Notes: generated by a model not told the origin, from the sequence alone. A stretch of DNA of 64,000 nt from an uncultured virus (IMG/VR IMGVR_UViG_3300021431_000114) (IMGVR_UViG_3300021431_000114:1-64000); one strand, 5' to 3'. Shown: positions 8,219 through 18,049, numbered from the stretch's first letter. A program made the numbers and translations.

Positions 8219-11200
8219 TTATGGTAGCATATACTTGATTTCAAACCAAAAACCAAAATCATCGTTTGGCGACATGTCGTCACCTACGACAAACTGCACA
8301 TACGTAGATGTTATCTGCTGTATAGTGACCGTCGTATTGTGGTTGCTGCTGTCGTAGTAGCCGTTGGCAGACGCGATGATCCCGCTTGAAACAAGACCAA
8401 GGTTAGTCCAGTCGGACGGGAACATGACACGGTGTATGCCCTCTCCTATCCTTCTAACAGTGGGTGTGCCGCTGCTTCCGCGTACACCGTTTGCAAAGGT
8501 TGCAAGTGTGTCGGTGTACGTGCTGCCGTTATGCGAGCAGGTAATGCGGCCAAATCCCAGCGTGACAATAGGACGCAGCAAGCTTCCTGCATGTACGACA
8601 CTCAACCCGTCCGCTGACAGCTCAAATCCGTTTTGCTTCGAGTTAGTTCCGCTCCCGCTTAACGTTACGGCCTTGACGAGCATACGCCCGTTTGTGTTCA
8701 TGGCTGCAAAGAAGTTGTTGAGCGACGAGCCATAGGCAACACCGTTTGCGAACAGACGGGAGAGATAGATGTCACTGACATACGGAACGCTCGTAATATT
8801 CCAGCTTGCAGACACACTACGCACAGCAACGCAGTTACGGAAGACGCAGCCATAGTATTCAATTATGACTGAGTGATAGCCAGCAGGCACGTCAACGCTC
8901 GTACCATTCATCGTTATGCTTTTTGAGCCATATCCAGATTGGCTGTCAAGAGAGCTTACAACAGCAACGAGCTTGTTTGTCTTAGTAATTGTACGTGCGC
9001 TGTCCGAATACGTTCTTAGATACAAACATATTCTTGCATAGTTATCTACTCCAGGCTGCATTTTGTCAGATGAGCCGTTGTGCGTGTATTGCGAACCGAC
9101 AGCCGTAAGAGTGCCGTTGACAGACACGCGGCAAGCATTGCTGGTGTCGAATGTGCCAAGGGTACGCGTGCCGCTCATTGTGTTGTCAATGACTACCGAA
9201 CCGCCGTTGCTTGCAGACGACGAACCCTGCTTGTTACTGTTGAGCGAAACACTACCCGAAGTGTCTCCAAACAACGCAGATAGGCTGCTAATCGTCTGTC
9301 CGTTGATGTTCGTTACAGGTGTGCCGCTTTCGTTGTAGATACGTATCTCCCTCGCGCAAGGGTCAAGCTCAATATGCTGTCCGCAGTCCGTGTCACTCGT
9401 GTACTCGCCAAGCACCTGCCGCCCATCTTCCAGCACTTGCCACGTGTAGCCCTCGTCGTGGAACATCTGGATAATGCCGAGCACGCCGTTGAGGATAAGC
9501 TTCTCGTTGGCAGACTTGAATACGCTGTTGCTGGCAAGGAAGCCGCCAATGTTGCAGTTCGTGCCAATAAACGTGTTCGTCAGCAGCGTGCTTATGTTGC
9601 TGCCCTGCTCCCAATAAAAGTTACCGCCAGCAGACGGAGCATAGCCTTTTGGTACAGTCATACCCTTTTGGCGCACAAAGAAGCGTTTCCACTCACCACT
9701 TACTTCATGAGCCACGTAGTCGCGACGTGAATCGTTCCATTCGTAGGGCGTTTTGGGATCTTCCACAAACACGCCGCAGTCATTCGGGAAACCCGTTTGG
9801 TCTGCTGCCATATCCGCTGCATCGTTGTCGTTGGTGCAGTAAGCCGTAGCCTGCGTGCCTTGCTCCAGCTTGGGCATACATATCCACACGTCGTTTGAAG
9901 CTTCGTGCATGCGGAACAGCACACGTTGTATTGCGGAAAGAACCGTACTTGACAAGCTGTTTGTCTTGAACGTCAGCGTGTGGCGCGTCCATACTTCCGT
10001 AAGCAGCCATTCGGCATTATTGTCCGTAGGCGAGCTGCCTGCTATAAGCTGTCCGTCCTTGATACGCCCAGCCGTAGTGTCTATGCAGGTGTACGTTGAC
10101 TGCGTGCCTGTTGTAGGATAAAGGTACGTCACAAGCCGCATACCTCTGTTTATGCGATACCAGTTTATCGTAACCGTTTGGTCGGACGATGCGCCACTGC
10201 TGTAAGCGTAGGAAGTTATCTTGTACAAGCCTGTTGACGGTGGCGTGAACTTGACGCTGTTTGATGTGGAGCTTGTTGCTGTAATGGCAACACTTGTTGA
10301 CCAGCTCCAATCCTCCAAGTACACGAACACGCGAAGCTCCTTGCCTGCGCTACGTGCAGCAGACGAGCAATAGCCGTTGATAGTCAGCTCACATTCTACC
10401 CCACCTTGCAAGTAGCACGTTTCCGTAGCGAAGCCGTAATTGTGGCTCGTTTGATTTTCCGTAAGCTGAACATACGGAGCTGCCTTTGCCCAGAACGAAA
10501 GCGTGTACCATGTGTTTGCAAGCAGCGGCTTGTTTCCGTTGGGTACTGAAACGTCCTGCGCAAGAAGCTCTTTGAAACTTTGCGAGAGGTCGGGCACACC
10601 TTTGTACGCGCTGCGACCGTCCATTCCGTCCGTCGTAGCACCGTTTTTGATTGCCCACTTATCCATGCGGGATGAAATAAACGCTGTCTGCTGCAAGATA
10701 TTGGCACGTGTCTGTACACTGCTGCCTATTCCCTCGCCCGACACCTTGAAAGGAGTGCTCCATGCAGTAATAGCGCCTGCGCTGTTGTACGTCTTTGCGT
10801 TTGACTGCCAAGTGTACATCTTGCCAATGATAAACTTGGCGTAAAGGTCACTGCTGCTGTTTGTGTAGCCACGCACGTACACAATGCTGATGAAATGCGT
10901 GCCAGCTGTAGGCACGGTTATCTCAATGTCCTGCGTGTCCTGATTGCTGCCGCTGATGCTGCGCAGGTAGTTTGACTTGGGGGCAACAGCGTCCAAGTTG
11001 CCAATGTACAGACGCGCATAGCTGCTTGTGCTGCACTTTGCACGCAGATAGACGCGCTGGTTGGCAGCAGTCGTTACAAACATGCAGATTTCCGTCGTTT
11101 CCTGCGACGCGCCGATAGCGGGTGCATACCAATAATCATCAGCCCCTTTGTAGAAGTCACCTTGCAGCTGTACTTGCACATCGTCCTGCGTGTACGCATC

Positions 11201-14200
11201 GTCGCGCCAATCCATCCTGCCGCTGCCTTGCGGGCTGCTGCCCGTAGGTGTTGCAGGCTGGTCGAAGCTATTCTTGTAGATAGACTTTGAAGCAGGGCCG
11301 GGTGCTCCGCTGCCGTTGCTCGTCTTTGCTATAGGCACTGTTTCGCTGTCGTGCGTCATCGTGCCTTTCTTTAGCAGCACGCTGATACTGTTGTTCACGT
11401 TGGCAATAGTGCCGTTGACTGTGAACGTACAGCCGTAGGACTGTGGTGTAGGCGTTATCGTGCTGCCTGCATTGGCTGTGACGATCAGCGAAAGTCCGAA
11501 CACGTTGCTGCCGTTGTAGTCGCTTATCCTTGTGCGCTCCCCGCTTTGCGAAGTACGCCAAATCTCCACCGTCACTGTTTCCGTTGACTTGCCGTTGACA
11601 AGTCCTGTGCTGCTGTTGTAAGTAAGAGCAGCAGGCGAAATGACTGCATCAAACTTGTCAAGCCCACGCAGCTTCTTAAGCGTGAGTATCTTAGTGTACG
11701 GCTTGCCGTTGTACGTTGCCATGACCTTTACCTGTCCCTGCGACGCGCTTAACCCGTTGACGCGCAAGTAGCCGCCGCTTGTTATCCAAGCTGCTGTCGG
11801 GTAGCTTGAACGCGAGTAGCTGCTGCTTGTAGCGTCGCCGCCGTTCATCACGGTAACGCCCGAACAGTCCGCGCTAACAATGCTCCACGTTATGCCGCTC
11901 GTAACCTTTGTAGGACCACTGTACAGCGAGCCGTAGCTTTCCACAACAGCACTGATGGGCGTATCGTCGCTGTCATACAAAATGCTGTCGTTCTCGTTGT
12001 CAAGGTCAAGGACTACGCTGTCGCTGCCTTTGCCGCCGTCCGTTGTCTTGCTGATAGGCACGGTTTCTGCATCCAGCGTTTGATTGTTGGCATCCAGCAG
12101 CTCAAAGCGATACTGCACGTATGCGCTTGCAGAAAGCGAGCGCGTTGCTCCGCTGTTGTACTGCCCGCTGCCTGTGCCGTCCGTAATGCTGTTAGGCCCA
12201 TATTCCGTACTGCCGTTTGTATAGTAGTAACGCAGCTTCAGCGCGTAGTCGGAAAGCTTCGCAACGAGCGAGCGCGTGCCGTTCTGTGCCGTGCGGTACA
12301 CCTTTACTACGACATTCTGCGAAGCTCCAGTACCCTTTGTCGTGTTGTACGTCAAAGCGTTGGGCGTACAGATGATTTCGTACTTGTCAACGCCTACAAG
12401 CTTTTTCAGCGTCAGCTTTGCGTAATAGTATTCGCCATTGTACTTTGCACGCGCCTTGCAGCTGCCCGATACTGCTGACATAGCAGTGACAGTTATCAAG
12501 CCGCTGCTGCTGATAGACGCAGTACAGCCTACCTTATCCACGCAGTCCCACTCCGTAACGTCATCCGTCTTATCCTCGCCGCCAACGAGCAAGTGGGCTT
12601 GCGAAGTGACGTTGCCCGAAATAAGCGTGCTGCCCGTTCCGTCGTACAGCATACTGTCGTTTTCGTTGTCAAGGTCGAGCACGACACCGCCAGGCCCTAC
12701 GTCGCCGTCCTCTACTTTGTCAAAGGGTACAGTCTCGCGGTCTATCTCCGAATTTGACTTAAGCAGCACGACGGCAAAGTTCGTGTGCTCTTTTGCAAAC
12801 TGTGCTGTAAGGTTGACAGTTGCAACGCCCGTCGTTTGGTTGATTGTCAGCTGCTCTTTGTCAGCAGATACACCGTTAGGGTACATCCATAGCGTCAAGC
12901 CATAGACGGACAACGCTGTTGCTGTGCTCACTCCAAGCTGTGTGCGCGTGCCGTTCTGCCCGGTACGCCATACCTTTATTTTGACGCTTGCCGTTGACAG
13001 TGTTTCCTTTGTCTCGTTAAAGGACACTGCTGTATGGTCAAGCTCCAGCTCGTACTTATCCACGCCGACAAGCTTCTTTACAGTGAAGCGTGCCGTGTAA
13101 GGCACGTTATTGTACGTACACTGAACAATGACGTAGCCCGAATATGTGTTGCCGCTAAAAGCACTCACGGTAAGCGTGCTGCTGCCGCTTGGAATAGCGG
13201 CAGTAAGGAATGAGCTCTTTTCCTTGATAGTGAACGCAGGCAGTCCGCTCGTAACGCGCTGTCCGTTGCTGTAAAGGTAGATGTTCGTAGATGCGCTGCC
13301 GCTGACAAGGTTTCCTGCCCCGTCATACAGCATGCTGTCATTTTCGTTATCAAGGTCAATGTACGTCGCGCCCTTGCCGTCAATGCCCTTTACTGCGCTG
13401 ACATGATAGTGCGTGTCCGAGCTGTTGTCGTTATACGTGATAACTGTCCTGTTCCATTGGTAACGCTTTGCCTCGGTAGGAGCTGCTGCGTGCTGCTCGT
13501 CCGTCCAGTCCGCTGCGGCAATGTCGCTTGGGTAGCTACGGTCGCCATCTGGCTTCCCGTAGGCACTGATAGCATACGATTCAACAATGCTTGCAATGCC
13601 CTTTGCAAAGTTGCCGATACAGATAGCCTGCGTTACATAGCGGTTTCCTCGGCTGTCCGCGCTGATCTCGAAGTTCCACAAATAAGGCTGCTCGTTGGTC
13701 GTTTGCTGTCTCTGCTGCGACCAAGAAGTAGTAATCGTCTGTCCGTTGACATACGTGCCCGGTGTCGGTGCTCCTTCGGGCGGTGTCGTTGCGCTGTCGC
13801 CAATAGACCAGTATTCCTGACAGCCTGCGTAATACGCGCCAACGCCGACCTGTGACACGCTGTAGCTGTCCGTTGCTGCACCGTCGCTGTAAACGATGTG
13901 CGTCTTAGTGTAAAGCCAATAGCCGTCAGTAAGCGTTGAGGGGAACGCTCCCCAATTGGTAATCGTTGCAGGGTCAACAGACGTTGCCTGCTGGCTGTAG
14001 GTAACGGTGCTGCTTTGTATGCCCTTACCGTCAATACCCATGCGGGCGACGGAATACGCATTTGTTTCCGTGCCGTCGCTGTAACGCACATACACCCACG
14101 TCCATAAGTACAAGCCGTTATCGACAGCTGGAACAGTTGACTGCCAGCCGCTGGTAGGATGCGAAGTACCCGACGTGCTCTTTGCGTAGCGCGTTATTGT

Positions 14201-14278
14201 CTGCTGTATAGTTACGCCCGTTCCTGCCTTACCGTCCTGCGGTGCCCAACGAACGGTGAACGCTCCTTTTATCCTCAT
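8219..14278 (-). CDS. large tail fibre / adhesin-like virion protein (2019 aa)
   Basis: S/T/G-rich beta protein; N-terminal YLWT...YSDG fibre repeats; three ~225-aa DLDNENDS repeats; end of tail module. Confidence 0.8.
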   Translation of the reverse strand: MRIKGAFTVRWAPQDGKAGTGVTIQQTITRYAKSTSGTSHPTSGWQSTVPAVDNGLYLWTWVYVRYSDGTETNAYSVARMGIDGKGIQSSTVTYSQQATSVDPATITNWGAFPSTLTDGYWLYTKTHIVYSDGAATDSYSVSQVGVGAYYAGCQEYWSIGDSATTPPEGAPTPGTYVNGQTITTSWSQQRQQTTNEQPYLWNFEISADSRGNRYVTQAICIGNFAKGIASIVESYAISAYGKPDGDRSYPSDIAAADWTDEQHAAAPTEAKRYQWNRTVITYNDNSSDTHYHVSAVKGIDGKGATYIDLDNENDSMLYDGAGNLVSGSASTNIYLYSNGQRVTSGLPAFTIKEKSSFLTAAIPSGSSTLTVSAFSGNTYSGYVIVQCTYNNVPYTARFTVKKLVGVDKYELELDHTAVSFNETKETLSTASVKIKVWRTGQNGTRTQLGVSTATALSVYGLTLWMYPNGVSADKEQLTINQTTGVATVNLTAQFAKEHTNFAVVLLKSNSEIDRETVPFDKVEDGDVGPGGVVLDLDNENDSMLYDGTGSTLISGNVTSQAHLLVGGEDKTDDVTEWDCVDKVGCTASISSSGLITVTAMSAVSGSCKARAKYNGEYYYAKLTLKKLVGVDKYEIICTPNALTYNTTKGTGASQNVVVKVYRTAQNGTRSLVAKLSDYALKLRYYYTNGSTEYGPNSITDGTGSGQYNSGATRSLSASAYVQYRFELLDANNQTLDAETVPISKTTDGGKGSDSVVLDLDNENDSILYDSDDTPISAVVESYGSLYSGPTKVTSGITWSIVSADCSGVTVMNGGDATSSSYSRSSYPTAAWITSGGYLRVNGLSASQGQVKVMATYNGKPYTKILTLKKLRGLDKFDAVISPAALTYNSSTGLVNGKSTETVTVEIWRTSQSGERTRISDYNGSNVFGLSLIVTANAGSTITPTPQSYGCTFTVNGTIANVNNSISVLLKKGTMTHDSETVPIAKTSNGSGAPGPASKSIYKNSFDQPATPTGSSPQGSGRMDWRDDAYTQDDVQVQLQGDFYKGADDYWYAPAIGASQETTEICMFVTTAANQRVYLRAKCSTSSYARLYIGNLDAVAPKSNYLRSISGSNQDTQDIEITVPTAGTHFISIVYVRGYTNSSSDLYAKFIIGKMYTWQSNAKTYNSAGAITAWSTPFKVSGEGIGSSVQTRANILQQTAFISSRMDKWAIKNGATTDGMDGRSAYKGVPDLSQSFKELLAQDVSVPNGNKPLLANTWYTLSFWAKAAPYVQLTENQTSHNYGFATETCYLQGGVECELTINGYCSSAARSAGKELRVFVYLEDWSWSTSVAITATSSTSNSVKFTPPSTGLYKITSYAYSSGASSDQTVTINWYRINRGMRLVTYLYPTTGTQSTYTCIDTTAGRIKDGQLIAGSSPTDNNAEWLLTEVWTRHTLTFKTNSLSSTVLSAIQRVLFRMHEASNDVWICMPKLEQGTQATAYCTNDNDAADMAADQTGFPNDCGVFVEDPKTPYEWNDSRRDYVAHEVSGEWKRFFVRQKGMTVPKGYAPSAGGNFYWEQGSNISTLLTNTFIGTNCNIGGFLASNSVFKSANEKLILNGVLGIIQMFHDEGYTWQVLEDGRQVLGEYTSDTDCGQHIELDPCAREIRIYNESGTPVTNINGQTISSLSALFGDTSGSVSLNSNKQGSSSASNGGSVVIDNTMSGTRTLGTFDTSNACRVSVNGTLTAVGSQYTHNGSSDKMQPGVDNYARICLYLRTYSDSARTITKTNKLVAVVSSLDSQSGYGSKSITMNGTSVDVPAGYHSVIIEYYGCVFRNCVAVRSVSASWNITSVPYVSDIYLSRLFANGVAYGSSLNNFFAAMNTNGRMLVKAVTLSGSGTNSKQNGFELSADGLSVVHAGSLLRPIVTLGFGRITCSHNGSTYTDTLATFANGVRGSSGTPTVRRIGEGIHRVMFPSDWTNLGLVSSGIIASANGYYDSSNHNTTVTIQQITSTYVQFVVGDDMSPNDDFGFWFEIKYMLP
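11330..13360 (-). repeat. three tandem ~225-aa domain repeats in the tail fibre
   Basis: DLDNENDSxLYD coded near 13345, 12665 and 11995, each followed by KKLxGxDK and ETVP; boundaries approximate. Confidence 0.85.
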
Positions 14279-14305
14279 ACGCTTCTGCTTTTATTGCTTA
14301 CTCAT

Positions 14306-14704
14306 TTAGTAATTGTTCATCACCTCGCGGGCTGCTGCTGCACATTCCTCGCGGAACTCGCAGAACTCGCCAAACTCGCGCAGGTGTTCCGTGTCGAGCA
14401 GTTCCTTGAACTTTGCCCAACTTGTGGCTTCCTTTGCTGCTGTGCGCACGTCTTCGACGGCATTCATCAGCAGCCCGAACTCGTCCTTGGACGCAAAGCC
14501 TGCTTCAATGAGCTGCGACTTGATATGCCCATAGTCGATGTTCGTGTCGATTTCCACTTGCAGGTACGAATAGCCGGGAGTGCTGACACCCTCGCCGTCT
14601 GCCTGCGCTTCCTCCTTGATGTCAAGGCACACAATGCGCGATTCCTTGTCATACACTTGCGGACGCTCTGCGCTCCACTTTCTTTGCAAATTACCTGTAA
14701 TCAT
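14306..14704 (-). CDS. hypothetical protein (possible tail-fibre-associated)
   Basis: 132-aa ORF between RT and tail fibre. Confidence 0.7.
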   Translation of the reverse strand: MITGNLQRKWSAERPQVYDKESRIVCLDIKEEAQADGEGVSTPGYSYLQVEIDTNIDYGHIKSQLIEAGFASKDEFGLLMNAVEDVRTAAKEATSWAKFKELLDTEHLREFGEFCEFREECAAAAREVMNNY

Positions 14705-14738
14705 AGCTTGCTTCTCCTATTGTTAATTGTTACACATG

Positions 14739-16181
14739 CTACTTGAAGTCCACTGGCTCTTTCGTGTCCTCAAAGACTGCCTTGCCCTCAAGCTCCACAA
14801 TCTTGCGACCGTCAACTTCCAGTATTTCCGTTCTATTATAGTCAACGCCATAGTGCATGCTGCCGTTGTCGATGAACACAGTACGCAGACGCGTAACATG
14901 ATTGCGCGTCATGTCTTGAAAGAATGTCTTTATCTCAACAGCATTGACGATAAGCTTGTACGTGTCGCCCATGAACTGCACACGCACAGCATAACGCCCT
15001 TCGCCCTGCGACGTTTTTACGTTGGCTACCCACTTGTCCGATTCCACGGGCTTGTTAAGCAGCATTTGCATCCCTATACGCGGCGCTTCAAAGAATGGAG
15101 CACCGTTTGCATCCACGCGCTCCGTGCGCTTGATGCCGCTGTTGCCGTAGCTTACTGCCATTGTCTTTTTGTTGTTCTTGAATTTTGTTATTTTTCTTCC
15201 TGTCTTTTGCATCCACATACGCTTGCAGTGCGAGTTACCCCACTTTAGCATACCCCATGCGGCATCGTCAAGCTCACGCAGACGACGCGCATTTGTCACG
15301 TTTGAGCGACGATGCAGCCAGTGCTTCTTGTCGCTCTTTCGCCAAAACATGTCGTTACGCGTGCCGTAATACACGAAGCCCATCATATCCACGCCCTCAT
15401 GCACACGATGCACCTTTGGCTCATGCAGCACAAAGCCGCGTTGCTGCAAGTATTTTGCAGCACGCTTCATCTTACGCTTTACTTCGCCCTTTGTCGCTCC
15501 CGTAAACATGAAGTCGTCAAGATAGCGCACGTAGTCCGCTGCATGTACGTCCTCCAGCATAAAGTGGTCAAAGGGACACAGTACAAGGTTTCCCGTGCTT
15601 TGACTTGGGCGTATGCCCAGCGGTATGCCCCTGCCGTCGGGCGCAAAACGCTCAAACGGCTCTGCAAAAGCGTCCACAAACTCTGCATCCTTAAACAGTC
15701 GCTCCAGCCCGCCGCGTATCAGCGTGTGCTGTATGTTGTCATAGTATTTGCAGATGTCGCCTTGCCCGTACCAGCGTACCTGTCCGCGATACTTGCGCAG
15801 GTTTCGCTTTATTTGCAAGGCACACGCTATCTGCCCATACCCCTTACGGCTCGCGTATGTGTGCCGTATTAAGCTTCTGTCTATTCTCCTTTCAGCTGCC
15901 ATTGTCAGCAGTTGGTGCTCAATATGCGAGGGGTGGAAAAACAGCTTTGCAATGTCACGCAGCTTGTCTTGACCGCTTACCCGCTGCTCGTGCATGTACT
16001 TGTCAGTGCGCATCCTGCGCTCCAGCACCATTTGCTGAATCTCGCACAGGTTTTTCATGCGCACGGCAATATGCCGACGTACACCGGGATTGCGGCTCTT
16101 GCGCTTCGTGGCAACGTTTTCCGCTTCCACAATGTTATGCCATTGAGCCATCTGCTCATATATGTAGCCTACTCTTTTCAT
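14739..16181 (-). CDS. DGR reverse transcriptase with ~140-aa C-terminal extension
   Basis: GDICKYY, GIPLGIRPSQ (DGR-type SQ motif), YVRYLDDF, VDMMGFV. Confidence 0.95.
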   Translation of the reverse strand: MKRVGYIYEQMAQWHNIVEAENVATKRKSRNPGVRRHIAVRMKNLCEIQQMVLERRMRTDKYMHEQRVSGQDKLRDIAKLFFHPSHIEHQLLTMAAERRIDRSLIRHTYASRKGYGQIACALQIKRNLRKYRGQVRWYGQGDICKYYDNIQHTLIRGGLERLFKDAEFVDAFAEPFERFAPDGRGIPLGIRPSQSTGNLVLCPFDHFMLEDVHAADYVRYLDDFMFTGATKGEVKRKMKRAAKYLQQRGFVLHEPKVHRVHEGVDMMGFVYYGTRNDMFWRKSDKKHWLHRRSNVTNARRLRELDDAAWGMLKWGNSHCKRMWMQKTGRKITKFKNNKKTMAVSYGNSGIKRTERVDANGAPFFEAPRIGMQMLLNKPVESDKWVANVKTSQGEGRYAVRVQFMGDTYKLIVNAVEIKTFFQDMTRNHVTRLRTVFIDNGSMHYGVDYNRTEILEVDGRKIVELEGKAVFEDTKEPVDFK

Positions 16182-16424
16182 TCCAATCTTCGCTTGCTAT
16201 CGTTTCTGTGTGAAGCTTTCAACTTCCGCTTTGCAGCGGATTTACTAACGTCACGGGCGGCAGTGCTGACACTGATTCCGCGCAAGGTGAATGTTGTTCC
16301 GACCAACACGTGCTATACATACGCGCACGCTGCCGTGGCTCGTGGTATTCGGGTGCGTTCCCATGACGCAGTACTGACACCCTTATGTTTTTTGCAGCAG
16401 CTTTGTTACGGCTGCTGTGTAACG

Positions 16425-16538
16425 TAGTTAGGCGAGCCGAGTAGTTCGCGTTCGAGTTCGACCAAGCGTTGTTCGAGTTCGCATAAGCGAGACCGCAATT
16501 CGCACCGTTGTTCGAGTTGCCGCCGAACATCCACAGCT
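16425..16538 (-). repeat. DGR template repeat (TR)
   Basis: aligns without gaps to 16715-16828 (offset 290); rich in AAC codons; all 12 mismatches are at A on the minus strand. Confidence 0.97.
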
Positions 16539-16631
16539 CAAATACCACTATACCAACCATTGGAGATATGGCTTTTGTTTATTTTTCTTTGTTACAAAGT
16601 TTGTTCTTAGGATTTTGCTTTTTAAGCAAGG

Positions 16632-16651
16632 GCAGGGGGCGCACCCCCTGC
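16632..16651. other. GC-rich DNA hairpin/cruciform downstream of VR (DGR target recognition)
   Basis: GCAGGGGG-CGCA-CCCCCTGC: perfect 8-bp stem, 4-nt loop, 7 nt after the target stop codon. Confidence 0.85.
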
Positions 16652-16658
16652 ACCCCGC

Positions 16659-18014
16659 CTACGCGGCAAGTTCTTTCAGACGATTCGCCGAAACTTTATT
16701 CAGACTACCATAGTAAGCAAGGCGAGCCGAGGAGTGCGCGCCCGAGTTCGACCAAGCGTTGCTCGAGTACGCATAAGCGAGACCGCAATTCGCACCGTTG
16801 TACGAGTCGCCGCCGAACAACCACAGCTGTCCTGCTGCATCATACCAAAAGTTATCGCCGTAGCTTACACCCGAAAGCGACTGCTTAGGTATCATGTACA
16901 CGCCCTGTCCTTCCTTGCTTGCGATAATGTTCATGCCCGTTACAGCACTTGTTGGGCGCGTGAGCAGCACATGCTCAATGTTCGCAAACGTTTCAGCCGT
17001 AGGCGTGCCGTTTGGCACAATGTTACTACGCCAGCAGTAAACGTCAAGGCCAACGGAGCAAAGTCCGCCCATCATTTCCCAATACTGGCCATAAGGATTC
17101 TCGAAGCCTGCGACGTTCACACCATGCACAGTATCATCGTTGCTATCCAGCACAGCAGCCTTGCCGTCGTAGTCACCCAAGGACAGTGTGTGTCCCGTCT
17201 TGATGTAACGCTGCACGGCAAACTTGTCGCTACCCGTGCTTTCAGTTCCGTCAAGTCCAACACCCCAAACAAGCGTTCCGTCCGTCGTCTTTGCGTTTTG
17301 GCAGTCGCGATAGGCATACTTGCTCATCATGTGGAACAGCAGGTAGTTACGGAAGTCGAGATTTGCCAATCCGTGGTTCTTACTACGCAGCTGCGCGTTT
17401 TCCCAGAAGCCGCGCACAGTGCGCGTATTGGCAGGCACTAAGCCGGGCAGTGAGCGCATGACAGCACTTGCACCGCTGCCAATAAAAGTTGCCTTGAACT
17501 TACCGACAACCTGTTGCGGGATAATGAAGCCGCCCGGCAGCGGAACGAGAGAGAGCCACAGACGCAGGATAGTGACGTTGTTCACCACAACCGTCTGCAC
17601 GCGTCCGTAGGTAGTAGGGATAATCTTCATGAAGTCGCAGTGCGCAAAGTCGCTTACTACCGTGCCGTCTGCGTTAAGCAGGTAGTCGCCTTCTGCTGTG
17701 TAGCGGCAGTCGTTGCGGTTCAGCTCGCAGAAGTTGCCTTGCGCGTCCATAAGTATGCTGACACCTGCATCTTCCCACAGCTGCCGCATGTTCATGTTTC
17801 CTCCCACATCGACACGGGTACTGCCAAGGCTCGAAGCTTTGTTCACGTCGATGTAGAAAGCCAAGTTGTTCAGCACCTCTTCGTCGTTGTCGTTAAGGTG
17901 CTTGCGAAAGTTAGCCATTGTCATTTGGCCAACAGCCCCGCCGAAGTTACCAAAAATGCTGTTCGTGTCAGCCATTTCGGTAACATACGGCTTGTCAACA
18001 AGTTTTTTACTCAT
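16659..18014 (-). CDS. DGR target protein, C-type-lectin-fold receptor-binding protein
   Basis: GFENPYGQYWE and C-terminal FGG...GANCG...SARL CLec pattern; contains the VR. Confidence 0.9.
   Translation of the reverse strand: MSKKLVDKPYVTEMADTNSIFGNFGGAVGQMTMANFRKHLNDNDEEVLNNLAFYIDVNKASSLGSTRVDVGGNMNMRQLWEDAGVSILMDAQGNFCELNRNDCRYTAEGDYLLNADGTVVSDFAHCDFMKIIPTTYGRVQTVVVNNVTILRLWLSLVPLPGGFIIPQQVVGKFKATFIGSGASAVMRSLPGLVPANTRTVRGFWENAQLRSKNHGLANLDFRNYLLFHMMSKYAYRDCQNAKTTDGTLVWGVGLDGTESTGSDKFAVQRYIKTGHTLSLGDYDGKAAVLDSNDDTVHGVNVAGFENPYGQYWEMMGGLCSVGLDVYCWRSNIVPNGTPTAETFANIEHVLLTRPTSAVTGMNIIASKEGQGVYMIPKQSLSGVSYGDNFWYDAAGQLWLFGGDSYNGANCGLAYAYSSNAWSNSGAHSSARLAYYGSLNKVSANRLKELAA
16715..16828 (-). repeat. 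DGR variable repeat (VR)
   Basis: encodes LWLFGGDSYNGANCGLAYAYSSNAWSNSGAHSSARL versus TR LWMFGGNSNNGANCGLAYANSNNAWSNSNANYSARL. Confidence 0.97.
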
Positions 18015-18049
18015 TTGCTTTCTTGATATTGTTAGACATAAAATTTCCC

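Larger units (their letters stand above)
14739..18014 (-). mobile_element. diversity-generating retroelement (target/VR - hairpin - TR - RT)
   Basis: VR/TR pair differing only at TR adenines, GC hairpin, DGR-type RT. Confidence 0.97.

Noticed and set aside
14739..16181. RT as group II intron, retron or Abi RT
   Set aside because: Adjacent TR/VR pair with A-only mismatches and the SQ motif identify a DGR; no maturase or intron features seen
16219..16560. 113-aa ORF resembling the target C-terminus
   Set aside because: It is the DGR template repeat read in frame plus spacer; TR acts as RNA
16425..16828. CRISPR-like repeat
   Set aside because: Only two ~114-bp copies, no repeat-spacer periodicity, no cas genes
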